Positions 17,812-28,233 of a stretch of 64,000 bases of DNA are shown here, one piece after another; the first letter of the stretch is position 1; every line of letters starts with the position of its first letter. The translations under genes were made by a program, and so were the position numbers. Source of the stretch: Candidatus Ruthenibacterium merdavium (lineage in GTDB: Bacteria; Bacillota; Clostridia; Oscillospirales; Ruminococcaceae). The notes beneath the pieces are model-generated. The model saw only the letters and a program-made list of their open reading frames with translations, ran no database searches and was not told where the DNA came from. Location of the stretch: the NCBI GenBank assembly GCA_019119935.1, contig DWWA01000018.1, forward strand, positions 2,771 to 66,770, given 5' to 3'.

Positions 17812-19716
17812 TCAGGCCGCCGCTTGCGTTTCCTGTGACGATGCTGTTTGCTGCGATGTGCTTTCAGCAGCTTGAGAGGCCGCCTCATTGTCAATGGTCT
17901 CAGCGCCTTCTTCTACCGTTCCGTCGGCAGCAACATGGCTCATCGTGCCTTCGCTCACACCGCCCCACTGGGAAGGATCGCCGTAAGTGGGCAGGTTCAC
18001 CAAAGAAGCATCTACGGGAGCATCAGCCGGACGGAAGTAGCGGTTTAAGAAATCCGCTGTTTCCTGCTGGGGCAAAATGGTCACATCATTGCCGGGAGTA
18101 TACGTCACCTGCGTACCGTATACAGGCAGCCGGCCCATGACAATATTCTCATCGGGGATACCGCCGGACAAAAACTGAATTCCCAAAGCAATGCAGGTCT
18201 CCATCGGCATATTCGTGCTGACATATTTTGCACACACCGGCATCAGTTTTACCATCTCCTGCCAAGACATCGTGCGCACATATTTAAACAGAGCCGAATA
18301 GAAATACTTCTGATTTTCCAAACGGTCATAGTCGCTGCGTTCCATGCCCGGGCCTTTTCGGCAGCGCAGGAAGAATTCCAGCGATTCGCCGTCAAGCGTC
18401 TGCCAGCCCTGCTCGAGATAGCTGCCGCCGTAGCTGAGCGTTTTCGGCACATAAACCTCAATGCCGACGCCGCCGCCGAACGTATCGACAAACTCTGTCA
18501 AGGCTTCCATTTTCACGGTAACATAATAGTCTACAGGCAGCTTAAACATGTCATAAATTACGTCTGCCAAATTCTGAACTTTATTCACACTGTCTGATCC
18601 GAAGGAATAAAGCGCATTGATCTTCGCAGAACCGCCTGTCTGCTCCGGACGCGACACAAAAATATCACGCGGAATTTGAAGCATTTTTAAGGTCTGTGCC
18701 TGTTTGTCAAACTGGCAGTATAAAATCATATCGGTGAGCATGGTGTCCTCGTTGCGCTCCACGGCGTCATTTTCCATATAGTCCATGCCCAAAACCAAAA
18801 AGTTAATCTGGTTTTCAGAAAGCTCAGGGGGAGTCATCGCTTCGGTGTGAGTCAGCTCACCGCCCTCGCCCGTGGTTTGAAACATCTGCGATAAATACAG
18901 ATAGGCACCGCCCACCACCATCAACACAACGGCAAACATCGCGGCAATCACGCAAAGCACAATTTTCTTTGCACTGAAATTCTTCTTTTTCTTTTGTGCA
19001 GGCTGTTTCTGCTGATTGGACACACGAGCCAGTGCTTCCAGCTCACTTTGCCACGCTGCAACCGACTGATGCTGCGCTTGCTGCTGTGCGGTCTGCATAG
19101 AGCGGGCAGCCGTCATCTGCGGGCGCTGGGCTTGCTGCGCCCCCGCCTGCGGCCTTTGTGCTGCGGTTTGCCCTGTCACGGCCCCGGTTTGTCCGGTCAG
19201 CGTGTTTTGTGCATAGGCGTTTGCCTGCGTCGTTCTTCGGCGGATTTCATCCACCGGAATGTCAAACGCCGCCGTCTGAACAGAACGGGGCGGATTAACG
19301 CGCGGCATTCCTGCCGCGCCTGTCATGCCATTTGCAGACGGCACTTGCTGAGTTTGCGGTGTCTGCGGCACAGTCACGCCATGTTGGGTATTTTGGGCAT
19401 GCTGGTGAGGCTGTGCAGCAGCCATCGCAGGTGCGGCCGGCTGCTGAAAAATACGTTCTTTCGGTATCGCAATGGAATCGGAAGTATTTTCACGGAACAA
19501 ATCATACCGAATGACTTCCCCGGTTGAACCACGCAGGGCTGTTTGCTGCGCAAGTTCCTGTCTGCGCAGCTCAATCGTCTTTTCCTGCTCCTGTGAGGCC
19601 ATGCGCTGCTTTTGTGCCTGCGCCGCCCGATGTGCACGCCGAAGTGCCGCAAGTTCCGGCACTTCATGGCGTTTTGCGCGTGAAATATCAATATTTCGGG
19701 GCGCTCTCGGACTCAT
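17812..19716 (-). CDS. LCP family protein (second tandem paralogue) with long Gln/Ala-rich N-terminal tail
   Basis: TM helix, NFLVLGMD, TDMI, IPRD, KINA, SDYDRLENQ; start placed at ATG 19716 after GGGGGG. Confidence 0.92.
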   Translation of the reverse strand: MSPRAPRNIDISRAKRHEVPELAALRRAHRAAQAQKQRMASQEQEKTIELRRQELAQQTALRGSTGEVIRYDLFRENTSDSIAIPKERIFQQPAAPAMAAAQPHQHAQNTQHGVTVPQTPQTQQVPSANGMTGAAGMPRVNPPRSVQTAAFDIPVDEIRRRTTQANAYAQNTLTGQTGAVTGQTAAQRPQAGAQQAQRPQMTAARSMQTAQQQAQHQSVAAWQSELEALARVSNQQKQPAQKKKKNFSAKKIVLCVIAAMFAVVLMVVGGAYLYLSQMFQTTGEGGELTHTEAMTPPELSENQINFLVLGMDYMENDAVERNEDTMLTDMILYCQFDKQAQTLKMLQIPRDIFVSRPEQTGGSAKINALYSFGSDSVNKVQNLADVIYDMFKLPVDYYVTVKMEALTEFVDTFGGGVGIEVYVPKTLSYGGSYLEQGWQTLDGESLEFFLRCRKGPGMERSDYDRLENQKYFYSALFKYVRTMSWQEMVKLMPVCAKYVSTNMPMETCIALGIQFLSGGIPDENIVMGRLPVYGTQVTYTPGNDVTILPQQETADFLNRYFRPADAPVDASLVNLPTYGDPSQWGGVSEGTMSHVAADGTVEEGAETIDNEAASQAAESTSQQTASSQETQAAA

Positions 19717-20296
19717 TACAAATCCCCCCATATAGTTGCTTTTTCATATCCTTATAAGCCAGCAGGCTCTGCTCATCTACCCGGCGGCCGCACTGGAGCA
19801 GCCATTCAATCGACATCCCTAAGCCGCAAAAGTAACCTTCATCCAAATTTTCCATTACTTTCCGGCGCAAAAACGCCGCCTGCGGATAGGTGCGCTCTGC
19901 GCTGACCATGTCTGCCATGTAGATAATTTTATCGAGTTTTGTCATGCCGGGTTTACCCGTTGTATGGTTTGCAATCGCAGACAAAATCTCTGCATCGTCT
20001 ACGCCGTAGTCCCGCTGAGCCAAAACAGCTGCCGCGCCGCCGTGCCAAATGGCCTGCTCGCGCAAAGCTGCATAATTGCTAATTATATCATTTCCTTTTA
20101 AAATCTGCAACTGAGTTTCCGGCGCCACCTCTTTGGCAATATCATGCAAAAGTGCCGCCAGCGCGGCTTTGTTCGGGTCTACGCCATTTTTGTCCGCAAG
20201 CTTCACGGCCATTTCTTCGACATTGAGCGTATGCTGAAAACGTTTTTTGCTGAGCGTTTTTTCGGCAAGTTCACGCGCCTCATTCAGTGATATCAT
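19688..20296 (-). CDS. yqeK: YqeK HD-domain bis(5'-nucleosyl)-tetraphosphatase (Ap4A hydrolase)
   Basis: RFQHTLNV, LLHDIAK, HTTGKPGM..LDKIIYMAD; follows nadD. Confidence 0.92.
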   Translation of the reverse strand: MISLNEARELAEKTLSKKRFQHTLNVEEMAVKLADKNGVDPNKAALAALLHDIAKEVAPETQLQILKGNDIISNYAALREQAIWHGGAAAVLAQRDYGVDDAEILSAIANHTTGKPGMTKLDKIIYMADMVSAERTYPQAAFLRRKVMENLDEGYFCGLGMSIEWLLQCGRRVDEQSLLAYKDMKKQLYGGICNESESAPKY

Positions 20297-20915
20297 GCAC
20301 AACCTCTTTTCTTAATTGGCGGTATAAGCCGTGCGCTTTAATATAGGCTTGTACCTCACCGGGCAAATAGCGGGAAACATCCTGCCCGGCATAAAGCCTT
20401 TCACGCAGCTGCGCACTCGAAAGCTCAATCGGCGGTGCATCCACCAAAATCACTCCCGCGCCTTCGCCTCGCAGAATCCTCGCCATATTCATCAGCTCTT
20501 TGCTGTCGCCGTCCTTCCGGCTTTGCACAACCAAAACAGCCATTTTAAAAATTTCCCTGTACTCTTTCCATGCCCGAAAGCTCAAAAACACATCGCTGCC
20601 CAGCGCTAAATAGAGCTGCCCGCCCGGAAAACGCACGCAAAAATCCCGAAGCGTATCCACCGTATAGCTTTTTCCTTTGCGGCGGATTTCCGTATCATCC
20701 ACAGTGATGTGTTCTCCCGCCTGCAAAAAGCATCGGCACATCGCAAGGCGGTGTTCGGGGGCCGTCGCACTGGCCGCTTTATGGGGCGGCAGGCCCGCAG
20801 GCTCAATCACCACGCGTTCGGGCTTCAGCGCCTGCATGACTGCTTTCAGCAAATTCATGTGGCCGTTGTGCGGCGGGTCAAACGTGCCCCCATACAAAAG
20901 TATCCGCTGTTTCAT
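20280..20915 (-). CDS. nadD: Nicotinate-nucleotide adenylyltransferase
   Basis: YGGTFDPPHNGH, SYTVDTL, LSSAQLRE. Confidence 0.95.
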   Translation of the reverse strand: MKQRILLYGGTFDPPHNGHMNLLKAVMQALKPERVVIEPAGLPPHKAASATAPEHRLAMCRCFLQAGEHITVDDTEIRRKGKSYTVDTLRDFCVRFPGGQLYLALGSDVFLSFRAWKEYREIFKMAVLVVQSRKDGDSKELMNMARILRGEGAGVILVDAPPIELSSAQLRERLYAGQDVSRYLPGEVQAYIKAHGLYRQLRKEVVHDITE

Positions 20916-21211
20916 TTGCGCAGAAGATCGGCGTATTTGCTGTCTTTTTTCTTTTGCAGGTAAAGCACAAATTTCGAGCCGATCACCTGCACGCAGTCCG
21001 CACCGGTTTTTTCCGCCAAAATCTCGGCGGCCTCACGGGGGCTGTACGGGCTGTTTTCCAGCACACGCATTTTAATGAGCTCCCGCGCCGCTAAACATTC
21101 CGCGGCGCTTTTGACCAGCGCCTCGTCAATTTCGCCTTTTCCCACCTGAAAGACAACATCCAAGCTTTGTGCATGTTTACGCAGAATTGCGCGCTGTTTA
21201 CTTGTTAACAT
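20912..21211 (-). CDS. yhbY: YhbY family (CRM domain) RNA-binding ribosome assembly protein
   Basis: MLTSKQRAILR, FQVGKG, ELIKMRVL, VQVIG..FVLY. Confidence 0.93.
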   Translation of the reverse strand: MLTSKQRAILRKHAQSLDVVFQVGKGEIDEALVKSAAECLAARELIKMRVLENSPYSPREAAEILAEKTGADCVQVIGSKFVLYLQKKKDSKYADLLRK

Positions 21212-21216
21212 TCGTT

Positions 21217-21855
21217 TTACTCCTTTGAATTGACTGCATGTTCCAGCACAGAGGCAAGTTCCTTTTCCATCTCAGCCAGTGCCGCTCCGCGGTGGCTGAT
21301 GGCATCTTTCTGCTCGGCTGTCAGCTGTGCATAGGTCAGATTTTCCGTATTTTTCAAATCTTTTCCGACAAAATCGGGAATGAACAGCGGGTCGTAGCCA
21401 AACCCGTTGTCCCCTTTTCGCTCATGGGCAATCCTGCCGTGGCATTCTCCGTGCCAAACAGCCGTTGTGCCGTCTGTAAGCGCAACACAGATTGCACTCA
21501 CAAAGCGCGCTGTCCGCCGGGCATCAGGAACATTCTGCATTTCCTGCAAAAGCTTTTCGTTATTGGCCTCGTCGTCGCCGTGATGTCCGCAAAAGCGCGC
21601 GGAATATACGCCGGGCGCGCCGTTCAGCGCATCGACGCAAAGGCCGGAGTCGTCCGCAATGGCTGGCTTTTTGCTCAAAGCGGCAATCGCCGTTGCTTTG
21701 ATGGCCGCATTTTGTGCAAATGTCGTTCCGGTTTCCTCCGGCTCCAGCGCAATTCCCGCTTCCTTCTGAGAAAGCACGGTATGGCCCATTTTACCCAAAA
21801 TACGCCGCATTTCTTCCAGCTTATGCGCGTTATTTGTCGCTGCAATCCATTCCAT
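21217..21855 (-). CDS. rdgB: Non-canonical purine NTP pyrophosphatase (RdgB/HAM1)
   Basis: [45 protein letters not shown]. Confidence 0.95.
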   Translation of the reverse strand: MEWIAATNNAHKLEEMRRILGKMGHTVLSQKEAGIALEPEETGTTFAQNAAIKATAIAALSKKPAIADDSGLCVDALNGAPGVYSARFCGHHGDDEANNEKLLQEMQNVPDARRTARFVSAICVALTDGTTAVWHGECHGRIAHERKGDNGFGYDPLFIPDFVGKDLKNTENLTYAQLTAEQKDAISHRGAALAEMEKELASVLEHAVNSKE

Positions 21856-21936
21856 TCAGACACCCCGCTGTACCATGATACTATATAAATGTGAAAATTT
21901 CATTATAAAGTTTTCGCTCTGTGCGCATTGCTTTTC

Positions 21937-22848
21937 TTACACTTCCCGCAGGAAAAGCGCATCCACAAACGCATCGGAATCAAACGGCATTAAATCGTCC
22001 ATTTTTTCGCCTACGCCGACAAAACGCACCGGCAGACCGAGTTTTTCCTTCACGGAAATCACCGCGCCGCCTTTCGCCGTTCCGTCGAGCTTTGTTAAAA
22101 TGACACCCGTCGCTCCTGCCGCTTCGACGAACTGCTGCGCCTGCTGAATGGCGTTTTGCCCGGTGATAGCATCCAGCACAAGCAGTGTTTCACAGCTGGC
22201 TTGCGGGCTTGCTTTGCGCACCACACGGCTGATTTTGGCAAGCTCGTCCATCAAATTCTTTTTATTGTGCAGACGCCCCGCCGTGTCGCAAATGACAAGG
22301 TCGGTTCCTCTTGAGGCCGCCGCCTGTACGGCGTCAAAAATCACCGCCGCAGGGTCTGCGCCCTCTTTGTGTTTAATAATGGGAACATTGGCGCGCTGAG
22401 CCCAGATGTCCAGCTGCTCAGATGCGGCCGCACGGAAGGTATCACCTGCCGCCAGCAGCACGCTTTTTCCCTCGCCGGTGTAAAGATGTGCCAGCTTTGC
22501 AATGGAGGTGGTTTTGCCTACGCCGTTCACGCCGATGACAAGAATGACCGCCGGCTTACCGGAGAGATCCATCGGAGTATCAACCGCCATGCGCTCTTTG
22601 ATGATGCTTTTCAGAGCGTCCAGCGCTTCCTCGCCGGTTTTCAAATGCTGTGAACGCACACGCTGCTGAAGTGCCTGTACCAATCCCATGGCCACGTCTG
22701 CACCGGTGTCTGCCAAAATCAGCTGTTCTTCCAAATCGTCGTACATTTCGTCGTTGATTTCGCCTGCGTTGACTAAATTGCCAATCGTGCCGAAAATGCT
22801 GTCACGCGTCTTTTTCAGGCTTTGTCCCAGCTTTTCAAAAAATCCCAT
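21937..22848 (-). CDS. ftsY: Signal recognition particle receptor FtsY
   Basis: [35 protein letters not shown]. Confidence 0.97.
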   Translation of the reverse strand: MGFFEKLGQSLKKTRDSIFGTIGNLVNAGEINDEMYDDLEEQLILADTGADVAMGLVQALQQRVRSQHLKTGEEALDALKSIIKERMAVDTPMDLSGKPAVILVIGVNGVGKTTSIAKLAHLYTGEGKSVLLAAGDTFRAAASEQLDIWAQRANVPIIKHKEGADPAAVIFDAVQAAASRGTDLVICDTAGRLHNKKNLMDELAKISRVVRKASPQASCETLLVLDAITGQNAIQQAQQFVEAAGATGVILTKLDGTAKGGAVISVKEKLGLPVRFVGVGEKMDDLMPFDSDAFVDALFLREV

Positions 22849-22868
22849 ACTGTTTCACCTCATTCTTA

Positions 22869-25800
22869 TTATACCAGCGTTGCTTCGGCTTGCGCTACAT
22901 CCAATTTTAAAACCTTGGATACGCCGTCCTCCTGCATCGTCACACCGTAAAGCACATCCGCCTGCTCCATCGTGCCGCGGCGGTGTGTAATCACGACAAA
23001 CTGCGTCTGCGTACAGATGCGGCGCAGATACTGCGCGTAGCGCACCACGTTGACATCATCCAAAGCCGCTTCAATCTCGTCCATGACGCAGAACGGCGAG
23101 GGATTGACCGCCAAAATGGCAAAGTAAATGGCAATGGCCACCAGCGACTGCTCACCGCCCGATAAGCTTGCAAGGTCTTTAATTACTTTTCCCGGCGGTG
23201 TTACATCAATACTGATGCCGCTGGAAAGCACGTCGTTTTCATCATCCAAATAAAGCCGTGCAGACCCGCCGCCGAACAAAAGCTGAAAGATACGCTGGAA
23301 ATGGCCATTGATTTCCGCAAAGCTTTTGGAAAACATATCGCGCATTTCTTCACACAACTGTGCGATGAGCTGCAAGAGTTCCGCTTTGCTTTTTTCCACA
23401 TCGGAAACTTGAACACGCAAAAACTCATATCGCTCTTTGACCTGCTCGTACTCTTCAATGGCGCCGACGTTGACGTTGCCCAGCGCTTTTATTTCGGCGC
23501 GCACCTGCGCCACCATCATGCGCAGCTCGCCAAGGGACTCAAACGGCTGACAAAGCGCTTCGGCGGCTTCGAGGCTCAGTTCATATTCCTCCCACAGCTT
23601 TGCGGCAGTCTGCTGATACTCAGTATCTTTGGCCTGTTTTTGTTCCTCCAAGCGCGCAGCTTCTCGCGTGAGCGCTTCTTTTTCTGCGCTCAAATCTCTG
23701 GCTTTTCTTGTTTGCTGTGTAATCTGCCCTTCTTTTTCCATGCGCTCCGAAGCACATGCAGCAATCTCCTGCTCTTTTTGCTGAATTTTCTGCCGCCCTT
23801 CTTCGACGCTTTGCCGCACGCGCTCCATTTCCTGCGCTGTCTGCTCATTTTGTTCTTTTATGCGCGCAATTCCGGCTTGCAGCTCCTCGGTGCGCTGGCT
23901 TGTTTGGCTGGTTTGCTGATGCAGATGCTCGAGTGCCGCGTCAATGCTTTCAATGTCACGGTTTTTGGAGAGCACTTCTAATTTCAGCGCGGAAAGCTCT
24001 TCGGAAAGCGCCGTTCTCTGCTTGAGGAAATCCGTATCACTGCCGGCAATTTCCCGCAGTTCCTGCTCGAGTTCCGCCGTTTTTTCTTCCAAAGCCTTTT
24101 TTCGCTGCGCATCGTTTTGCATTTGGCGGTCATGCTGTTCGAGCTTATCGCGCAAAGCGGAACATTCGCTTTCAAGCTGCTGGCGGATTTGGTCCAGCTG
24201 CAATACGCCTGCCTGTACGCGGCGCATTTCGGCTTCTGCGCGGATTTCGTCCGTGTGCGCCGTGCTGTGGCGCTCTTTCGCGCTGTCAAACTGAGCCTTT
24301 AAATCGGCCGCTTCCTGCTCAGCCTGCGCTGTCTGCTCGGCCGCTTTCTCGCGGCGGGCTTTCATGCGTTCCAGCTTTGCTGTCAGCTCGTCCATTTCCT
24401 GCTTGCGGCTAAAAAGTCCTGCCGAGCGCTGCACACTGCCGCCCGTAAAAGAACCGCCCGCGTTCACCACTTGCCCGTCTACCGTCACCACACGGTTTTT
24501 GTAATCAAGCAGCTTTGCCACACGTGCCGCTTCATCAATGTCCTGCACCACAACAATGCGTCCCAGCAAGTTGGATACAACGACGGAAAACTCCGGCTGA
24601 AAGCGCACGAGATCGCACGCAAGCTTTGCGCCCTGCGGCAGTCTTGATGCATCGAAATGCGACGGACGCACGGTATCCAGCGGCAAAAAGGTAGCGCGGC
24701 CTGCGCGCTCTGCTTTCAAGAATGCCATTGCCGCTTTGGCGGCTTGCTGGTCTTCCACAACGATATTCTGCATCGCCGCGCCGAGCGCTGTTTCCACCGC
24801 CACTTCATAACCGCTCTGCACGGTTAAAATCGTAGAAACCGGGCCGAAGATTCCGCGCAGCCGCTTATTGTGCACCGCCTTCATGACGCTTTTGACGCTG
24901 TAATGAAAACCATCCAGATTTTTTTCAAAGTCCTGCAAAACCGAAAGGCGCTGTGCCGCACTTTCCTCTTCCCGCCTCAGACGAGTTTCTTCTGCGCGCA
25001 TTTGTTCCTGCGCTTTCTGTTTTGCCTCTAGCTTCAGCTCTAACCCGCGTGCAATGTTTGCACTCGTTTCCTTACGCGCCTTCGCATCATTCCAAAGCGC
25101 CTGCGTGTCGGCAGATTCCTCCTGCATGCGCGCCTGCGCACGCACATTTTCTTCCAGCTCTGCGCCTGCCGCGGCAAGGCGCGTCTGCGCCGCGTCAAAG
25201 GCGCTTTGCTGTGCCGCCTGCTGAACTTTAACTGCCGTCATCTCTTGCGCAATGCCTGCCAGCTGCGCTTCCAGTGCACCGCGCTTTTCTCCGCTGGCCA
25301 AACTGCTTTCTAAAATCTGCTGTAATTCCTGCGTCAGCCGGTGTTCCTGCTCACGCAAAGCAGAAAGGGTCTGCTGCGCTTCTTCACGCTCTGCTAAGCG
25401 GCGCTGTTTTTCAGCATCCGTCTGCTCTTTCGAGCGCCCCATGCTTTCCAGTTCTGCGCGCATTTGCTCTGCGGCCGCGTCGTTGTGCTCCCGGTTATTT
25501 TGCAAAACCGCTAAACGCGCATCCGCACCCGAAATCTCCTGCGTAGTGGTTCGAATTTCTAAATTAAGCTGTTCCGCTTTGCGGTTCAGACTTTCAATCT
25601 CCGCGCGCACGCCTTCGGTCTGTGCGTCGCTTTGCTCTATTTCTTTGGAAACCCGTTCGTAGTCTGCACGGGCAATTTCCAGCTTTCGCTGTTGGTCGCG
25701 CAGTGCCTCACGCGCTTTGCGCACGGTATCCACCCAAAGAGTCACTTCCAATTGTTTGCGGCGCTCGGCCAGCTTTACAAAGCGCTGTGCCTTTTCGCTC

Positions 25801-26426
25801 TCTTTTTGCAAAGGCCCGACGCGCTGTTCCAGCTCGCCCAAAATATCTCGCAGGCGAACAAGGTTTTCCTCGGCGGCATCTAAACGTTTTTCCGCCTCGT
25901 TTTTGCGGTAGCGAAAGCGCGCAATACCCGAAGCCTCTTCAAAAATTTCACGCCGTTCGGCCGATTTGGCTCCCACGATTTCCGCAATGCGTCCCTGGCT
26001 GATAATCGAGTAGCCGTCGCGCCCGATTCCCGTATCCAAAAACATCTCGTAAATGTCTTTCAGGCGCACATTCTGTCCGTTGATGGTGTACTCACTTTCA
26101 CCGGAGCGGTAGTATTTTCGGCCGATAATCACCTCGTCGGCGTCTACGTCAATACGACGGTCGGTATTATCAATGTACAGCCGCACAAAAGCAAAGCCCA
26201 TTGCACCGCGCGTCTGCGTGCCGCCGAAAATGACATTTTCCATCTTTCCGCCGCCGCGCAGCTGACGGGCGCTCGTCTCTCCGAGCACCCAGCGAATGGC
26301 ATCGGAAATATTCGATTTTCCTGAACCGTTCGGGCCGACAACCGCCGTAATCCCTTTTTCAATCGTAATTTTGATTTTATCGGGAAATGATTTGAACCCT
26401 TGTATCTCCAGTGCTTTTAAAAACAT
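22869..26426 (-). CDS. smc: Chromosome segregation protein SMC
   Basis: GFKSF, GPNGSGKSN Walker A, coiled coils, hinge (GRATFLPL), LSGGE, MDEIEAALD. Confidence 0.98.
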   Translation of the reverse strand: MFLKALEIQGFKSFPDKIKITIEKGITAVVGPNGSGKSNISDAIRWVLGETSARQLRGGGKMENVIFGGTQTRGAMGFAFVRLYIDNTDRRIDVDADEVIIGRKYYRSGESEYTINGQNVRLKDIYEMFLDTGIGRDGYSIISQGRIAEIVGAKSAERREIFEEASGIARFRYRKNEAEKRLDAAEENLVRLRDILGELEQRVGPLQKESEKAQRFVKLAERRKQLEVTLWVDTVRKAREALRDQQRKLEIARADYERVSKEIEQSDAQTEGVRAEIESLNRKAEQLNLEIRTTTQEISGADARLAVLQNNREHNDAAAEQMRAELESMGRSKEQTDAEKQRRLAEREEAQQTLSALREQEHRLTQELQQILESSLASGEKRGALEAQLAGIAQEMTAVKVQQAAQQSAFDAAQTRLAAAGAELEENVRAQARMQEESADTQALWNDAKARKETSANIARGLELKLEAKQKAQEQMRAEETRLRREEESAAQRLSVLQDFEKNLDGFHYSVKSVMKAVHNKRLRGIFGPVSTILTVQSGYEVAVETALGAAMQNIVVEDQQAAKAAMAFLKAERAGRATFLPLDTVRPSHFDASRLPQGAKLACDLVRFQPEFSVVVSNLLGRIVVVQDIDEAARVAKLLDYKNRVVTVDGQVVNAGGSFTGGSVQRSAGLFSRKQEMDELTAKLERMKARREKAAEQTAQAEQEAADLKAQFDSAKERHSTAHTDEIRAEAEMRRVQAGVLQLDQIRQQLESECSALRDKLEQHDRQMQNDAQRKKALEEKTAELEQELREIAGSDTDFLKQRTALSEELSALKLEVLSKNRDIESIDAALEHLHQQTSQTSQRTEELQAGIARIKEQNEQTAQEMERVRQSVEEGRQKIQQKEQEIAACASERMEKEGQITQQTRKARDLSAEKEALTREAARLEEQKQAKDTEYQQTAAKLWEEYELSLEAAEALCQPFESLGELRMMVAQVRAEIKALGNVNVGAIEEYEQVKERYEFLRVQVSDVEKSKAELLQLIAQLCEEMRDMFSKSFAEINGHFQRIFQLLFGGGSARLYLDDENDVLSSGISIDVTPPGKVIKDLASLSGGEQSLVAIAIYFAILAVNPSPFCVMDEIEAALDDVNVVRYAQYLRRICTQTQFVVITHRRGTMEQADVLYGVTMQEDGVSKVLKLDVAQAEATLV

Positions 26427-26482
26427 GCTGTATCCTTTCCTTGCACGGCGGTACCGTTCCGTTCCTTACTCGTTTCAGCCGC

Positions 26483-27157
26483 TTAATACCCCATCAGCGA
26501 CAGTGCTTCCTTGGCCGCCATCTGCTCTGCCTGCTTTTTGGAATGGCCCTCGCCTGTGCCGATGCAGTTGGAATTTAAATGCACCTGCACGACAAAATGC
26601 TTGTCGTGGTCGGGGCCGCTTTCATCTGTCACCACATATGAAAGACGCTCTTCGGGGTTTTGCTGAATAATTTCCTGAAGCTTCGTTTTGTAGTCGTCTT
26701 CCGTATTTTTGCAAGTGAGCGCCTGTGTGACAAAAGGCAGAATGAAACGGCGCGCAGGCTCAATGCCGCCGTCTAAGTACAAAGCGGCAATCACGGCTTC
26801 AAATGCGTCGGACACCACGCTGGGGCGGTGCCGTCCGCCGCCGAGCTCTTCGCCGTGCCCAAGGCGCAGATAGTCGCCCAAGCGAATTTTCTGCGCAAAG
26901 CCAAACAGCGCGCTTTCGCACACTAAGCTTGCGCGCATTCTGGTCAGCTCACCTTCGGGCAGATCATTGTGCGTAAATAAGTAATCTGCAACAACGATTG
27001 ACAGCACCGAATCGCCCAAAAACTCCAGCCGTTCATTATGCTTCGTACCGCGCCTTGCTTCATTGGCATACGAGGTGTGCGTCAAAGCCGTTTCCAGCAG
27101 TGCGGGATTTTGAAAGTGATATCCCAGCGCTTGTTCCAGTTGCTTCATATCGTGCAT
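26483..27157 (-). CDS. rnc: Ribonuclease III
   Basis: NERLEFLGDSVL, DAFEAVIAALYLDGG, dsRBD (DYKT.LQE...GPDH.K.F); start moved to ATG 27157. Confidence 0.97.
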   Translation of the reverse strand: MHDMKQLEQALGYHFQNPALLETALTHTSYANEARRGTKHNERLEFLGDSVLSIVVADYLFTHNDLPEGELTRMRASLVCESALFGFAQKIRLGDYLRLGHGEELGGGRHRPSVVSDAFEAVIAALYLDGGIEPARRFILPFVTQALTCKNTEDDYKTKLQEIIQQNPEERLSYVVTDESGPDHDKHFVVQVHLNSNCIGTGEGHSKKQAEQMAAKEALSLMGY

Positions 27158-27158
27158 G

Positions 27159-28190
27159 TTATTCTCTCCCCTGTGCCGATGTCTGCGGCTGGTCTTGTTC
27201 CAGTGCCGCCAGCTTTTGCGCCATGTTTTCCACAACATTTCCCTCTACACAGCGCTTTGCCTGGCGAATGGCGTTTTTAAACGCTTTGGCGTTGGAAGAA
27301 CCGTGTGCTTTAATCACAGGCTTCGTCACGCCCATCATCAAAGCACCGCCGTGCTCGTCGGCATCCAGCATCTTTTTAAAATCACGCAAACCGCCCTTGA
27401 CCAGCAGATAACCGATCTTTGTGCCGACACTGCGCAAAAATACCTTTTTCAGCTCTCCGACAAGGCTTTTGGCAAGGCCTTCAGTAAGCTTTAAAATCAC
27501 GTTTCCGGTAAAGCCGTCGCATACGACAACGTCGGCTTGACCCGTGGGAATATCGCGCGGCTCAATGTTGCCTACAAAGCGCATTTGCTTATTCTGCTTC
27601 ATGCGCGCGTGCGCCTCTACATACACAGGCGTACCCTTGCTCTCCTCCGAACCGTTGTTCACCAGTGCGACGCTGGGGTTTTGGCGGTTCATTGCGCGCT
27701 CCATGTACACGCTGCCCATAATGCCGAACGCCTCCAGCATTTCCGGGCGGCACTCGACATTCGCACCGGCGTCGAGCAGCAGGTACGGCTTTTGTGTGCC
27801 GGGAATGACGGTACCGATGGCGGGACGCTTCACACCTTTCAAACGCTTGACAATCAGCGTTGCGCCGGCAAGCAGTGCCCCGGTGGAACCGGCGGATACA
27901 AAGGCGTCGCCTTCGCCCTTTGTCAGCAGATTCATGCCCACTACCATGGAGGAATCCTTTTTCTTGCGCACAGCGGCAGTCGGCTCATCGCACATCGAAA
28001 TTTCTTCTTTTGCATCCACAACGCGGATATGCGCCATGTCAATGGCGTGTTCCTTCACAGCCTCGGCAATCTTTTCGCTGTTGCCGACGGCGATAATTTC
28101 CACACCGTATTCTTTTACGGCTTGGCTGGCGCCTTTTAAAATTTCAGCCGGTGCATTGTCACCGCCCATTGCGTCAATGATAATGGTCAT
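27159..28190 (-). CDS. plsX: Phosphate acyltransferase PlsX
   Basis: IDAMGGDNAP, SAGSTGA, RPAI, LDAGAN, DGFTGN, KAHGSS. Confidence 0.97.
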   Translation of the reverse strand: MTIIIDAMGGDNAPAEILKGASQAVKEYGVEIIAVGNSEKIAEAVKEHAIDMAHIRVVDAKEEISMCDEPTAAVRKKKDSSMVVGMNLLTKGEGDAFVSAGSTGALLAGATLIVKRLKGVKRPAIGTVIPGTQKPYLLLDAGANVECRPEMLEAFGIMGSVYMERAMNRQNPSVALVNNGSEESKGTPVYVEAHARMKQNKQMRFVGNIEPRDIPTGQADVVVCDGFTGNVILKLTEGLAKSLVGELKKVFLRSVGTKIGYLLVKGGLRDFKKMLDADEHGGALMMGVTKPVIKAHGSSNAKAFKNAIRQAKRCVEGNVVENMAQKLAALEQDQPQTSAQGRE

Positions 28191-28233
28191 GTCGTTTCCC
28201 TCCAAAAAAGTGGTTCATGTGCCAATTTGCGCG

